Shown piece after piece: positions 38,400-51,201 of a DNA stretch of 64,000 bases; within the stretch, counting starts at the first letter, position 1, and every line of letters starts with the position of its first letter. The translations under genes were made by a program, and so were the position numbers. A model generated the notes under the pieces. The model searched no databases. It worked only from the letters and a program-made list of their open reading frames with translations, and was not told where the DNA came from. The DNA comes from Octopus sinensis (taxonomy: Eukaryota). The stretch spans positions 33,356,001 to 33,420,000 of the forward strand of contig NC_042997.1 of assembly GCF_006345805.1 (NCBI RefSeq). Reading direction: 5' to 3'.

Positions 38400-39070
38400 G
38401 ACAAATCGCATTATGGCAACAATACCACAATCCAATTATTGACAGACTGTAATGGAGTGTGTTGCTCAACCCAAAGTAGATATACGCGGATTTTCAGCAG
38501 CACGTCAGTCGATTGGTCGAGGAAAATGGCGGCCTGGAACGCAGAATGAATTTAAGTGCCTACCTCGGTGGCTGTCATGATCCTTGGAAAGAGAGGTGGA
38601 GTGTTGCGAAAAGTCCATAAATCGCAGCAAAGAGGACAAATCGCCGAGTTTGATGGTCCACTCTACGAGTTGTACTTTTTATATGTCAGCTTTGTTTAGT
38701 GATTCTTTGGCAGATATCTGTTATAACTGACAGCAGAAAGGGTGTACTCTTAGTTCTGTTAGCAAAGCATCGGTGGCACTTCTGAGAAAGCTGCTACTGC
38801 TGCGATGGTACGTGACTGTTAAAAGTAGATTTCAAAATTTTTGGCAAGAAGTCGATGCTTGTCGTCCAATGGCTAGTCCGTTCCGGGAGACTTTCAGAAC
38901 AGGGATTATTTCCAGAAATCCCTGATTTGGCAGTGCTACAGGAGATTATTTCTGGTTAGAGACAAACTTTATGGACATGGATGTACCGTCATCCGGGCCT
39001 ATCCGATATGTATACAGAGCGACGAAACTGTTCGGCGTGCTTTTGTCCTGTGCTCGAGTACTGTTATCTT
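38400..39070 (+). pseudogene. Decayed, multiply deleted L1/Tx1-type ORF2 remnant
   Basis: Pieced-together frames: GGLERRMNLSAYL, EVECCEKSI, KSP.FDGPLYELY, VALLRK, DFKI (RT start), and RAYPICIQSDETVRRAFVLC (C-terminal knuckle-like); many stops and shifts. Confidence 0.6.
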
Positions 39071-39798
39071 ACATGTTGATTTTGATCAGCGTCTATCACT
39101 GTAGAACAGATCTAGCTACTAGCTGAGTCCATTGTTAAATGCTAGAGAAAGAAGCTTATCTGTCTCTTGCAATACATACATTTAAGTCAAAACTTTTCAT
39201 AGACCTTTAAAATATTTCTGTGGATCCCAAATATCTTATTTTGCTAGCGTGGACTCCCAAAAATCTTATATGAATCCTCAGGGGTCATATAGAACCCCAG
39301 AGGTCTTCTTTTGGACTAGAAAGAAAGGCTGTTTTATCTGTCTGTGTCCTTAGTGAAAGAAGTTACATGTTGGACTGGACTGAAACGGCTGAAGACAGAC
39401 ACTGTCCTCTTAGGCCAAAGCTTTGGACACGAAAAGTGTAGTGGCGCAGGACATGCTGCATTCTAGCATATTTGTTGAATGGTGGCTGAGAGTTGCAAGG
39501 ATGGTCCAAGTGATCAAGCCAGCTCAAATTAAAAGATGAAAGTGGGAAGAAGGTACTTGCTCTAGAGCTCAGAGTGACTGTGGTTTTATGGGGTTTCCAA
39601 GAGTACCCTCAGAAGTTTTTTTCCCTTTTGGGGAAATATTTCTTGTTTGAATTTTTGTTTCTTAGTTTTTGTCACTTTACTGTTTATATACCTTCATGTA
39701 CCCCCCCCCCATCATATCACATCTTATTGCATTGCATCGTCCTGTACCGCCTCGGTCTTCTTTTAAACACTTAATGGTTAAAAAAGAAAACATTATTA

Positions 39799-39859
<61 letters not shown>

Positions 39860-39860
<1 letters not shown>

Positions 39861-40073
39861 AGGTAGTGAACTGACAGAATCGTTAGCACACTGGACCTAA
39901 AGCTTAGTGGTGTTTCACGCGTCGCTACGTTCTGAGTTCAAATTTTGCCGTGGCCGACTTTACCTTTCATCTTTTCGGGATCGATAAAATAAATACCGGT
40001 GAAACACTGGGGTCGATGAAATAGACTAGTCCTCTCCCTACTAATTTCAGGCCTTGTGCCTATAGTAGAAAAG

Positions 40074-40075
<2 letters not shown>
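39860..40075 (+). mobile_element. Family A SINE, A2 tail running into (ATT)n
   Basis: Head, body and aatttcaggccttgtgcctatagtagaaaagattatt tail; (ATT)n tracts on both sides. Confidence 0.82.
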
Positions 40076-40123
<48 letters not shown>

Positions 40124-40147
40124 CATCATCATCATCATCATCATCAT

Positions 40148-40225
<78 letters not shown>

Positions 40226-40227
<2 letters not shown>

Positions 40228-41950
40228 ATAGTTTTATTTTTATAGCGTACTTTCACTTCACTACCGAGCACAGCTCTGTGTGCCTTGGGTATGTGCTGTG
40301 ATTTGTTGTGATGCTCTGATGGTTATTGTATGGAAAGTGTTCTGCGTAGGATGTGTGCAGTGCCTAGTAGTGCAATTTTCTGTATGTTATATGTGTTTGT
40401 AAGTCCTGGTGTTTTTGTTATGTATTTGTCTGAATATTTTTTTATCATGCCTAATGCACCTACTATGATAGGAATTGTTTCTGTTTTCAGATTCCACATT
40501 CTAGTTACCTCTATTTCCAGGTCTTTGTATTTTCAGAGTTTCTCCATTTCTTTTAGAGACACGTTGTCATCAGCCGGTATTGATACATCAATTAGAAAGC
40601 ATTTTTTTTCTTCATGATCTCTGACAACTATATCTGGTCTGTTGGCCTTAATTTCTCTATCTGTGTGTATTGGCATATCCCAGAGTATGGTTGCTTTCTC
40701 GTTTTCTGTGACCTTTTCTGGTGTGTGCCTATACCATCTTTTTTCTGTTGTTATTCCATAATGTTGGCATAGCTTCCAATGTATGTAGGTTCCAACTCTG
40801 TCATGTCTGTGAATATATTCCTTCTTAGCCAGGACTGGGCAGCTAGAGATAATATGATTTATTGTTTCTTGTCCATCTCCACATATTCTGCAGTTACTTG
40901 TTATATTTATTTTCATTACATGTTTTTGGTAATTTCTGGTGGGGAGGCTTTGGTCTTGTGCTGCAATTAAAAATCCCTCTGTTTCTGCTTTGAGTCCTGA
41001 GCTTCTCAACCATTGCTGGGATTTTTCTTTGTCTATTTCTTTTGCGTTTAGTTTAGTCCAGTATTTACCATGAAGGGGCTTTTCTTGCCATCGTTTTATC
41101 ATGGTTCGTTGCTGTTCTATTTTTAGTTTGGATTTCATTTGTTTTATAGCTTTTGTTGTTTCTTCATCTTCTTCTTCTTCTTCATGTTTATTAGGTGGTA
41201 TGATTTCTTGTTTGTATTTGTCAGCTTCCTTAAATACTGAGAACAGTTTTTTGTTTTGCTCGTGTTTTGCCGCTATCTGGATCAGTTTTCCTTCCTTCTG
41301 AAGTAGATATTTTTGCAGTCCTATGGTGGTTATTTTATAGTAGTTTTCCAGCTGTATAAGGCCTCTACCACCTTCTATACGTTGTATATATAGTCTTTCT
41401 ATGTCAGATTTTGGGTGATGCATCCTAGATCCTGTCATTATTTTTCTTGGTTTCCTATCTATTTTGGTCAGTTCATTTCGTGTCCAGTTAAGGATATTGT
41501 AGCTGTAACTTATAACTGGGACAGCTAAAGTGTTGATACCTATTATCTTGTTTTTAGCATTGAGCTCTGTGTTTAGTATTGATCTAACTCGTCTATAATA
41601 TTCTTTTTTTATTTTCTCTTTCATTTGTGTGTGTTGTGTCTTATCTAGTTCATGGATTCCTAAGTATTTGTAAGTTTGGCTTTGGTCTAATTCTTTTATT
41701 TCATTGGTTTTATCTAGTGTGATGTTGTTACTCTTAACTAGTTTTCCTCTTTTCAGGGTTACTTTGGCGCATTTTTCTAATCCAAATTTCATATCTATTT
41801 CTTTGGTAAATCCATGAACTGTCTTAATAGTGTTTCCAGCTGTTTGTCATTTGCAGCGTATAGTTTTAGGTCATCCATATATAAAGGTGGCTGATCGTTT
41901 TGCTGTAACATTTATATCCGCATCCAGTTCTATTTAGCATATCAGATAGA

Positions 41951-41953
<3 letters not shown>
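40226..41953 (-). mobile_element. 5'-truncated R4/Dong-clade (RLE-type) non-LTR retrotransposon
   Basis: YMDDLKLYA (RT), YKYLG, RLY..R.EGGRGL, C-R-I-C...H....C knuckle, RHD, RPDIVV..LIDVSIP..EK..KY.DL restriction-like endonuclease; in-frame TGA at 40533, true stop 40323, frameshifts near 41820 and 41880; (TAA)n on both flanks. Confidence 0.92.
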
Positions 41954-42026
<73 letters not shown>

Positions 42027-42240
42027 AAGCGGCGAACTGGAAGAATCATTAATGCATAGGGTATAATGTCAAGCGGTACTTCTTCCGACTCATGACGTTC
42101 TGAGTTGAAATTCTCTCGAGGTTCATTTTGCTTTCCATCCCTTCGAGGCCGATAAAATAAGTATCGGCCATGTACTGGGATCGATGGTATCGACTAACTT
42201 CTCCCTTCAGAATTACTGGCCTTGTGCTAAAAGCTTGAAA
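42027..42240 (+). mobile_element. Family A SINE, A2 tail, diverged
   Basis: aagcggcgaactggaagaatc head; ctggccttgtgctaaaagcttgaaa tail. Confidence 0.7.
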
Positions 42241-42550
42241 TCATTACTATTAAGAATAGTTTTATGACAAACAAATGCATGAATTATTGCCGACTTTTCA
42301 CTAGAAGCATTTGTCCTGAAACACAAAATGAAATGCTTATGACATTAGTAACTTCTCAAGGGAGCGAGTGCGATGCGATGTTTGTATGCAGAAATATAAA
42401 CCAGTCACGAACTCGGCTTTCAATGAATATAACGTTCTTCTAAATCACATACTTATGAGCTACTTGAAATATGGATTTATTTTAAGTAAACACAGATTTT
42501 GGGTGGGTGGGTGGAAGTCAAATGGTTCATATGACCCCTGAGTGTCATAT

Positions 42551-42796
42551 GCGCGGTCGGGCAGCTGAAGACCTGGGCTACGACGATCAAGGAGGACCTC
42601 TCCGTGCTCACGGGACCACAGGTGGTCGGCCTGCGCCGATGGAACCGTGACTGGCGCCAGTGAACCGATGGAACCAGTGAACTGGCGCAGGACTGTCGCG
42701 CGTGGGCTGCGATGGTTCGAGATGCCTCGAGGGTGGTAGAGGAAGCCGACTCAACCCACCCAGGGTGAATGTCGCATAAGTACAAGTACAAGTAAG
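42551..42796 (+). mobile_element. GC-rich RTE-type LINE 3' fragment with (TACAAG)n tail
   Basis: GQLKTWATTIKEDLSVLTGPQVVGLRRWNRDW..ELAQDCRAWAAMVRDA..STHPG*; small internal duplication; possible 7-bp TSD gagtgtc. Confidence 0.72.
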
Positions 42797-42882
42797 AGTG
42801 TCCATGCTAAAATCTTGAAATCATTACTATTAAGAATAGTTTTATGACAAACAAATAAATGAATTATTACCGACTTTTCACT

Positions 42883-43165
42883 TGCCTAACCGCTAAGCTA
42901 CGGGGGCGTAAACACACCAATACCAGTTGTCAAGGGGTGGTGGTGGGCAAACACAAACACAAAGATGCACACACACACACACTCACACACACATACACAC
43001 ACACACATATATATACGGCCGGATTCTTTCAGTTTCCGTTTGCCATATCCACTCACAAGGCTTTGGTCGGCTGAAGGCTACAGTAGAAGATGCTCTCCCA
43101 AGCTCCCAAGAAACCATCGAGTGGGACTGAACTCGTACTCATGGGGTTGCGAAGCAAACTGTATA
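42883..43165 (-). mobile_element. Diverged partial family E SINE
   Basis: aaccgctaag..aaacacacca...ttctttcagtttccg...cacaaggctttggtcggc shared with 21208-21626. Confidence 0.7.
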
Positions 43166-43591
43166 TACACATTATTCATTTATTGAAGAGAAAGGGGAAG
43201 AAATAGAACGACTGGGTCAAAACCCTTTTGGGAGTGTTTAAGAGTCTTTAGAAACAGAAGGACAGCAAAAGAATGAGAGTTATGCAATGTATTGAGTTAT
43301 GCAGATATCTACGAGTTTTATGAACCAGAGATTGCTTCAGACAAGAACGAAAGAAGAAAACAGCTCTATGTCGACACCACTACTGCCGTCGTCGTTGTTG
43401 TTGTTGCTGTTGTTGTTGCTGTTGCTGTTGTTGTGTTGTTGTTACGATGTCATGTTTAGAAACAAAGGAGAAACGGAAAAGTGTCTCGCAGTATTCAGTT
43501 TTGTTGTTCTGTATTGCTTTTGTTATTATATTCCGTTTCACTTCCGACGTGGTATTTATACATAAAGTACAAACATTTTAACTCCCCCCCT

Positions 43592-43639
<48 letters not shown>

Positions 43640-43761
43640 AATAGTCAAGGGTCACTTTTACGTGGGGAATTTCATTTCTATTCAAGGCACAAGGCCCGAA
43701 ATTTTGGGGGAGGGGTCCGTCGATTAGACCGACACCAATTAACTGGTACTTAATTTATCGA

Positions 43762-43994
43762 AGGCGGCGAGCTGGCAGAAACGTTAGCACGCCGGATGAA
43801 ATGCTTAGCGGTATTTCGTCTGTCGTTACGTTGTGAGTTCAAATTCCGCCGAGGTTTACTTTGCCTTTCATCCTTTCGGGGTCGATAAATTAAGTACCAG
43901 TTCCGCACTGGGTGTCGATGTAATCGACTTAATACCTATGTCTGTCCTTGTTTGTCCCATCTATGTTTAGCCCCTTGTGGGTAATAAAGAAATA
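43762..43994 (+). mobile_element. Full-length family A1 SINE inserted in antisense into another family A copy
   Basis: Perfect 17-bp TSD ggtacttaatttatcga at 43745-43761 and 43995-44011, which is itself family A body sequence. Confidence 0.9.
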
Positions 43995-44303
43995 GGTACT
44001 TAATTTATCGACCCCGGAAGGATGAAAGACAAAGTCGACGCGGCAGAATTTGAACTCAGAACGTAAAGACAGACAAACGAAATACCTATTTCTTTACTAC
44101 CCACAAGGGGCTAAACACAGAGGAGACAAACAAGGACAGACAAACGGATTAAGTCGATTACATCGACCCCAGTACGTAACTGGTACTTAATTTATCGACC
44201 CCGAAAGGATGAAAGGCAAAGTCGACCTCGGCGGAATTTGAACTCAGAACGGAGCGGCAGACGAAATATCGCTAAGCATTTCGCCCGGTATGCTAACGAT
44301 TCT
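43995..44303 (-). mobile_element. Family A SINE dimer; its head is split and continues at 45996-46023
   Basis: Junction cgaaatac|ctatttc at ~44085; head breaks at tgctaacgattct and resumes as tgctaacgattctgccagctcgccgcc. Confidence 0.85.
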
Positions 44304-45993
44304 AATTTTTTTGTTACCCACGACGGGACGAACATAGAGGGGACAATACACAAAATGTGGGGACATACAAAGAAGGAAAAAAAATTAGAACCAACGTATG
44401 GAAAAATGACATGAAGAGTGAAATGAAAAATGGAATGAAACCACTCTGTCCCACTTCATAGCAGCTTCATTTATACCTTTTAAACTTCGTTCCCACTAGA
44501 ATATCGATTCCAAATTCTTCCACCACTTCCTCATATGTCATATATACTGTGGTAATACGCCCCAATCTAGTTTCACCTCCCAACACCTATATCCGCTTTC
44601 ATAACTTGTTATTGTTTCTTTCTGTTCATCCGAGCACAACGCGCAACAGCGCCATCCCTTTATGTTGTCAAAACACGTTGTTCCAACTGCTTTAATGTCT
44701 TCCTAAGATAACACTTCTTTACAGTTTTTCATTTGCGTCATCATGCATTACTGCGTGGCATTTTTCTCTTCTTTCTTTATTTTTTTTTGTTTGTGGGGGA
44801 GGGAGCTTGGGAGTTTTTGTCTGTTTGTACATATTTCTCTATCAGAGGGGGATGGGCAGGTTTGGTGTCTGTAGGAGGAAGAGGGTGTGGGTGGGTGTTG
44901 GGTGGTTATGAGGCCTAATTTTTTTCTTTTGTTCCTTTTTACTATTGTTTCCCATTCGTTGTCTGTTTCTTTCTTCTCTACTTCTGTTGATATTTTTTCT
45001 TCCTCCTTATTTTCTTGCTCTTTCTGAGGCTCCTCCTCTTGTATCGCCTCCGTCTTTTTGGTCGGTGAAGAGCAGTCCGCTCTGATGTGGCCCTTCAGGC
45101 CAAATTTAAAGCATCGAGGGATTCTGCCCTCCACTCTGACCCTCATTATCGTCCATAATTATTGTATATGTTCGGTTGAACCTTGAATAATCATATCCAG
45201 TATGTGTCCCTTCCATATAACTCTGCGTTTTTGTGGCCTGGAGAACCGCTATGTTGTCTTCATTTCCCAGAAGGACAGTGGCTGCTAACCAGGCTACATC
45301 TATCTTTGGTGGAATTCTCTCCACCCTAATTCTGGTTGCACGTTGTCCACGGTAAGCGGGCAAAGCACTACTTCCTTACTCTTAATGGTAGTTGCTACGT
45401 GCCTTTTTGCTGTTGCCGCATCCTTGAATCTCACCTCCACTACTCCGAACTTAGTACCTCTCGCAAGGCACACAATTTCATGCCTTATTGGTCTTAACGC
45501 TTTCTCTATTTGACCCGTGGTCATGACGTCAATTTTACCTTCAATTATTGAAAATGTTTTGCACAAAATAGTTCTTTCTTTGATATTATTAAGCGCCTCT
45601 TTCGGGGGCGGGGACAATTTCACGTCGAATCCATCTCGACTTAATAAATTTTGTAATTTTCAAATTCACCAATATTAATATAATTTTCTTGGCACTTTGC
45701 TATGTCCGCAAAGTTTCTCCTTTCTTTATTTAATTTTCTGTACATTTTCTTGACCATTTTCAAAAATTCTTCCTCTGAAGACGACATATCTGAAAAGCTG
45801 AAGTCTTCTTCGGACATCTTTTTCACTAAGCCAACCCTCCTCTATGAGGAGAGAAAGCACAAGCAAATTGCTGCAAAGCAGCACAAAAACAATTAACGAA
45901 ATGTTTAAAACACTGATACAAAAACAAAACGTTGAGAACACTATAAAAATACCGTCAAATATTACTCACGTACACCTTGAAAAACACCGGAAG
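44304..45993 (-). mobile_element. ORF1-only (HAL1-like) L1/Tx1-type non-autonomous LINE with both ends
   Basis: 13-bp TSD tgctaacgattct (44291-44303, 45996-46008); 5' starts CTTCCGG; gag-like ORF1; no RT; 3' end ...tgtcccctctatgttcgtcccgtcgtgggtaacAAAAAAA. Confidence 0.75.
44748..45826 (-). pseudogene. Gag-like ORF1 with CCHC zinc knuckle, broken by frameshifts
   Basis: Four overlapping ORF pieces (45641-45826, 45300-45623, 45106-45363, 44748-45146); VRVEGRIPRCFKFGLKGHIRADC is CX2CX4HX4C with one C>F change, followed by an E/K-rich tail. Confidence 0.75.
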
Positions 45994-46961
45994 CGTGCTA
46001 ACGATTCTGCCAGCTCGCCGCCTTTTACGTGGGGAATTTCACAGAGGGGTGACCGTATATATGGAGACTCGTCGGTGAAGTATCATTTTCCTAAGCCCAT
46101 AGAAAGACTTAAACTTAGCAGCACAAACTAGCAAAACGTAAACCTATTGTACTGTATTTGATAGCATAAGGGCTTCACATAGTCATTGTATCTATTTTAT
46201 ATAAAAGTAATGAAACACCGTATTTCAAAATGATTCTGTCCCTTTGGAGACTCGGTAGGTAGAACTTAATACCTCAATATATCAGACTGAATTATTTGAT
46301 CTACGGTTGAAGCTGCTTCTGTTGCAGCAACTAATGTTGCTGTCATTGTTGTTGCCGCTTTTCTTCCCTTTTATTTTTTACTTATCATCTTAGGTGCCTC
46401 AGATACGCTAGGCTACCGCCCTCATCATGCACACCTTGTTCAATGTTAATCAAGCCACATACTTGAGTTTGCTGAAGTTTGGAAGTTCCTTCCTGCCTGT
46501 TGCATCATGTTTTTCCCGTAAAGTTTTTGTCATTTCAGACATTGTCTCTCAACACAGCAAAGAGACACGCGCCTCTAATACGAGGTGTCTACTGCCTACA
46601 CCTGTCTATGGTGCAGTTTTTAGAGTAGATGCTACGCTGGTGTCGCTAATATTTTACTTCTTTTCTTTTGCTACGTTTACCACCACGAGATGGCAGCGTG
46701 AAAAAAACCCATAACTGCAGCTGATACTATTTCGGTAGTTCTCGTTGTTATTGTTACGCAGTGAATTCCTGTTCCTGTTCGTCTCCACTTATTCCAATTA
46801 TTGAGTTCTTCTTTTGAAGGTTGTTTTAAGTTTAAGTGTGACAGAAGGGTAGTGATACGTATGACAGAGCAGGACTTCTTGTGAACATATATAAGTTGCC
46901 ATTTCTCTGTCACATACATAAGCTGTCACACACAAACACACACACACACACATACACAGAC

Positions 46962-47005
<44 letters not shown>

Positions 47006-47146
47006 TAGAAATAAAACCACTATTAGGCAAATCAAACAGTGAAAAACATAAACCAAAACATAAAAATAAAAATAATTAATGTAAAATACAAAATATACAA
47101 AATCTTAAATCTAATTTTTCCCTTTAAGTTTGGATTTACTCCCTAA

Positions 47147-47208
<62 letters not shown>

Positions 47209-50116
47209 GTTGCCGCGAACAGATGACATTCCCCCAAGTCAACGAAACTCCTGTATAATCGTTATATACATCAAATTCCTGCACGAACTCACGAGGGAGA
47301 GCTTCTGTGCAGTCACTCTACCAGCTAGAAAAAGCAGTCAAGTCTTTCTTTCATCACACCTTAAAGAAGGAAGCACGGGCCTGAAAAAAAAGGATCAGAG
47401 ATTACCTGAAAGCTAAACAACTAGGGCAACAACAACTACCATGTTCATGTTGATTAACCTTACATAATTCATTTACAGTTATCTGCCCATTGCGTGTCAT
47501 ATTACAATTCGTTTCTCTTCACCTGAATACACATATCAAGCGTCTTAATGGCGTTTAAATTTCTCATCTGTTTTGCCTTTGTTTTGCAGTCCTTGGTGTT
47601 GCGGAACGACAATTCTTCACCTGTTGCTACGTATCAGCGGCTGCAGCCAATATTTCGGCTTTCTTAATATCTGTTATCAATCGCTTCCCAACCTACCACA
47701 CACTCCACACGAACAAAAAAAATCGATGACCAGTCTGTTGTTTCGGAGTAGTAGCATCGTTCTGTCTTCAAGCGCTGGATCGGCTTCAGCCTCCAGCAAT
47801 GACGACCGACTGACTGTAATAGCACATGTAAAATAGCTTCAGCCCCCGGTTAACTGTAGGGCTATGATAAACATTTACAACCATTTTCATCTGTAAGTAC
47901 AGACCCCATCTACCAAGCTGGAGTGTTATACTCAAGCACTTCTCTTTGATGCTCATGCTGATGATGATGTTGTTATTGTTCTTGCAATTGGCTACAACGA
48001 CTTCGATTACTTCTACTGTTGCTGGTCTTGCTGATACTATTGTTGTTTCTAATACAAACATTATTAGTATTTTGCTTTAATTGTTCGGCTAAACTCATTG
48101 TAGTAGCCTTTTAATGTTATATTGATTTTCGTCGACGATTAAAATGTCTGATTGATCTCAATTGATTACAGATATTTATGTATGCGAGTGTGTCAATGTG
48201 TATGTATGCTATTGTATGAGAATATTTGTGTGTGCTTGTCTCAATACTGATGAGAGTGAATGCAGTAGATGTACCGTGATTTCCATTTCGTCGGCTCAAG
48301 GTTAATGAGTTCAAATTCAGTAAGGTCAGGTTCGTCTTTCATCTTTCTACAAAATACACTCAAGAAACACAGAGTATTCTATATACAATCTCTCTGCTGA
48401 TAAAAGTGTCTCATAACCTAAGAAAGAAATCATGTTTGTATGCATTTCTTCTTATTTTTAGTACTTGATGTTTAGGAACAAGGTAATGTAATCAGAGACT
48501 CTCAAATTAATGAATAATGATAATTAGGTGAGATTTTATGTTTTTATCCATTGCTTATTCAAAGGAGGAAGGCTAGATCCCATAAAAATTTTGCGAGGCC
48601 TTTGAGACTGATACAAAATGGTGGAGAAGAAATTGCACTGCATGGGTTGTTGAAAATGAAAACAGTGAAACTCAGCCGAGTTATTCTCAGACTGTAGACC
48701 TTGTCCGAATGCTTGCAACAGAGTGGCCTCTACTAAAAACACCCAAATATTGAAACAGGAAAACTACAGTTCTTCCAGTGGGTTTCTTCAGTTTTCAGCT
48801 ATCTATTTCACTCACAAAGCTTGGATCAAAGCTATGGTAAACAAAAAACAATACTTGCAAAGGTACCTCGTAATGGGATCGAAAATGGAACAATGTAACA
48901 GTCAATCGAAAATCCTAACTTCACGATCATAATATAACTTATGTTCAGCACGAATTTTTGAATATTAGTGATTGCCATTTACGAGAAAAGAAAATCTGGT
49001 GGGCTGAAAAGCTTAGATAAAATATTTGTTATGATGTTTAAGAAATGAAATGGAATAATGGTAATAGTGAATATGATGTATGTGCATCCGGATGGATGCA
49101 ATTTCAGCAAATATGGATCACGGTAGTAAAAATAAAAGGAAGAAATATTCACAATTACCATATGTGCAATTTCAGTTATGAAAAAGTGTAAAATACTTAA
49201 ATTGGATTATTTTGGCCAGAACCGTATGGACCTTGCCAGTATGGGGTGGGTGGGAGGAGGTTAAATAAAATGTCGGTAGAGATTAATAGAATCGTGGCAG
49301 TCTACAGATGGTGGATTTACTAGTTTTGCGCTCTTAAATGTCTTTACCACAGAATAAAAATCGATGTCAAATAAAATAGCTGCTAGTTACCGTACACCGA
49401 AAAGGATGCCTAATTGGGAGTGATGACAACTAGGGATGCGCCGTTCACGTACATGTTGAAAACTGTACGAGTTATTTAAATAAACGAGCAATCAGGATCT
49501 GACTGAAAAGATCCAGATTTTTTCAGCTTCTTTACGCATATAACCATATTTTCAAAGAAAACAGTTTTTTTTCTTTTTTTCTTATAATTTGTGTTAAACA
49601 GTTTTTCCCTTTTTTTCTTATAAATTGTGTTAAACACTGGTAAACTAGTTATGTTTTGTAATTTAACATTCAACTAATTTGTTTGGGGGTGAATGATAAT
49701 TAAATGTTGTTACAAGATGTGCATCAAATATATAAATTTGGGGAGCTCTGATTTAAGTGCCAGTATAGGTTCATAGATATAACATGTGTCCCTCTGGTGG
49801 TAGATAACAGCTGCATAATATACTCGCTTGAGAAACCGTCCCTGAATTTGACGGCAGAGGCTTCAGCTTCAAATTAGCACCAGCTACACGGTAACAAAGA
49901 GAATAATTTGTTGTATTTATTGTAATGTGGATGTGATAGTGCTGGGTGTTTACTGCAGACTAACATTCAGAGCAAATATTAATCCTCTTGATGGACATGA
50001 ATGCAGTAACTTTAATAATCTGAAGTGCAGTTGTAACAGCCTGTTTCGCTTATTTCCTATCAAATATGGAGCAGTTAAACAATTAACATGCCAAATTAAA
50101 TACAGTTAGTCAAGAT

Positions 50117-50502
50117 GGATGGAAGAACTCCGTCGGTTACGACGACGAGGGTTCCGGTTGATCCGAATCAACGGAACAGCCTGCTCGTGAAATTAACGTG
50201 TAAGTGGCTGAGCACTCCACAGACACGTGTACCCTTAACGTAGTTCTCGGAGATATTCAGCGTGACACAGAGAGTGACAAGGCCGGCCCTTTGAAATACA
50301 GGTACAACAGAAACAGGAAGTAAGAGTGAGAGAAAGTTGTGGTGAAAGAGTACAGCAGGGATCACCACCATCCCCTGCCGGAGCGTCGTGGAGCTTTAGG
50401 TGTTATCGCTCAATAAACACTCACAACGCCCGGTCTGGGAATCGAAACCGCGATCCTATGACCGCGAATCCACTGCCCTAACCACTGAGCCATTGCGCCT
50501 CC
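50117..50502 (-). mobile_element. Family C SINE with tail T3
   Basis: Perfect 15-bp TSD acagttagtcaagat (50102-50116, 50503-50517); near-identical to 58957-59343. Confidence 0.92.
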
Positions 50503-50694
50503 ACAGTTAGTCAAGATACAAGCAGTTGCACGCAAGTTCATTAACACTGTATGGAAGTAAAGACGCGTCAAAAAGTTCTGAAATGAAACACTTGCCACAC
50601 GGTAAGATCACGCATATTGTGTATCAGATACTTGTGTATCAGATGTTGTTGTCTTTCGTTTATTCTTTCACTGTATAAAGGCAGCAAAAACCAA

Positions 50695-50963
50695 CAGAAT
50701 CGTTAATACGCCTGACAAATGCTTAGCGGCATTTTGTCCGGTTTTACGTTCTGAGTTCAAATTCCACCGAGGTCTTCGCCTTTTATCCTTTCGGAGTCCA
50801 TAAAGGCTTTACGTTTCGAGTTCAAATTCCGCCAAGGTTTTTACCTTTTGTCTTTTCGGGGTCAATAAAATACGTACCAGTCAAGTTACTGGGATCGATG
50901 TAATCGACTAGCCCCCGCCATCAAAATTTCAAACCTTGTACCTGTAGTAGAAAGGATTATTTC
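50695..50963 (+). mobile_element. Family A SINE, A2 tail, with internal duplication
   Basis: B-box/body segment present twice; tail aatttcaaaccttgtacctgtagtagaaaggattatt. Confidence 0.72.
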
Positions 50964-51139
50964 ACTGAACAGACGTAACGTCCTGCTCCGAAGTAATTCG
51001 TAATTTGTATAAATATTTGTTCAGCACTTCAGGAGAAAAATATAATGCAAGACTAATCATGGCATATCCTGTGGTGTACATTAGTGTCATATTAACAAGG
51101 ATATATGTATGTGTATACACATATGTATACTCATACACA

Positions 51140-51176
<37 letters not shown>

Positions 51177-51201
51177 TATACATATAAGTATATACATACC
51201 A

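Noticed and set aside
47590-47892. Strong acceptor (47589) and GTAAGT donor (47893) bracketing 303 nt
   Set aside because: All three frames contain stops; it could only be a non-coding exon, which sequence alone cannot support.
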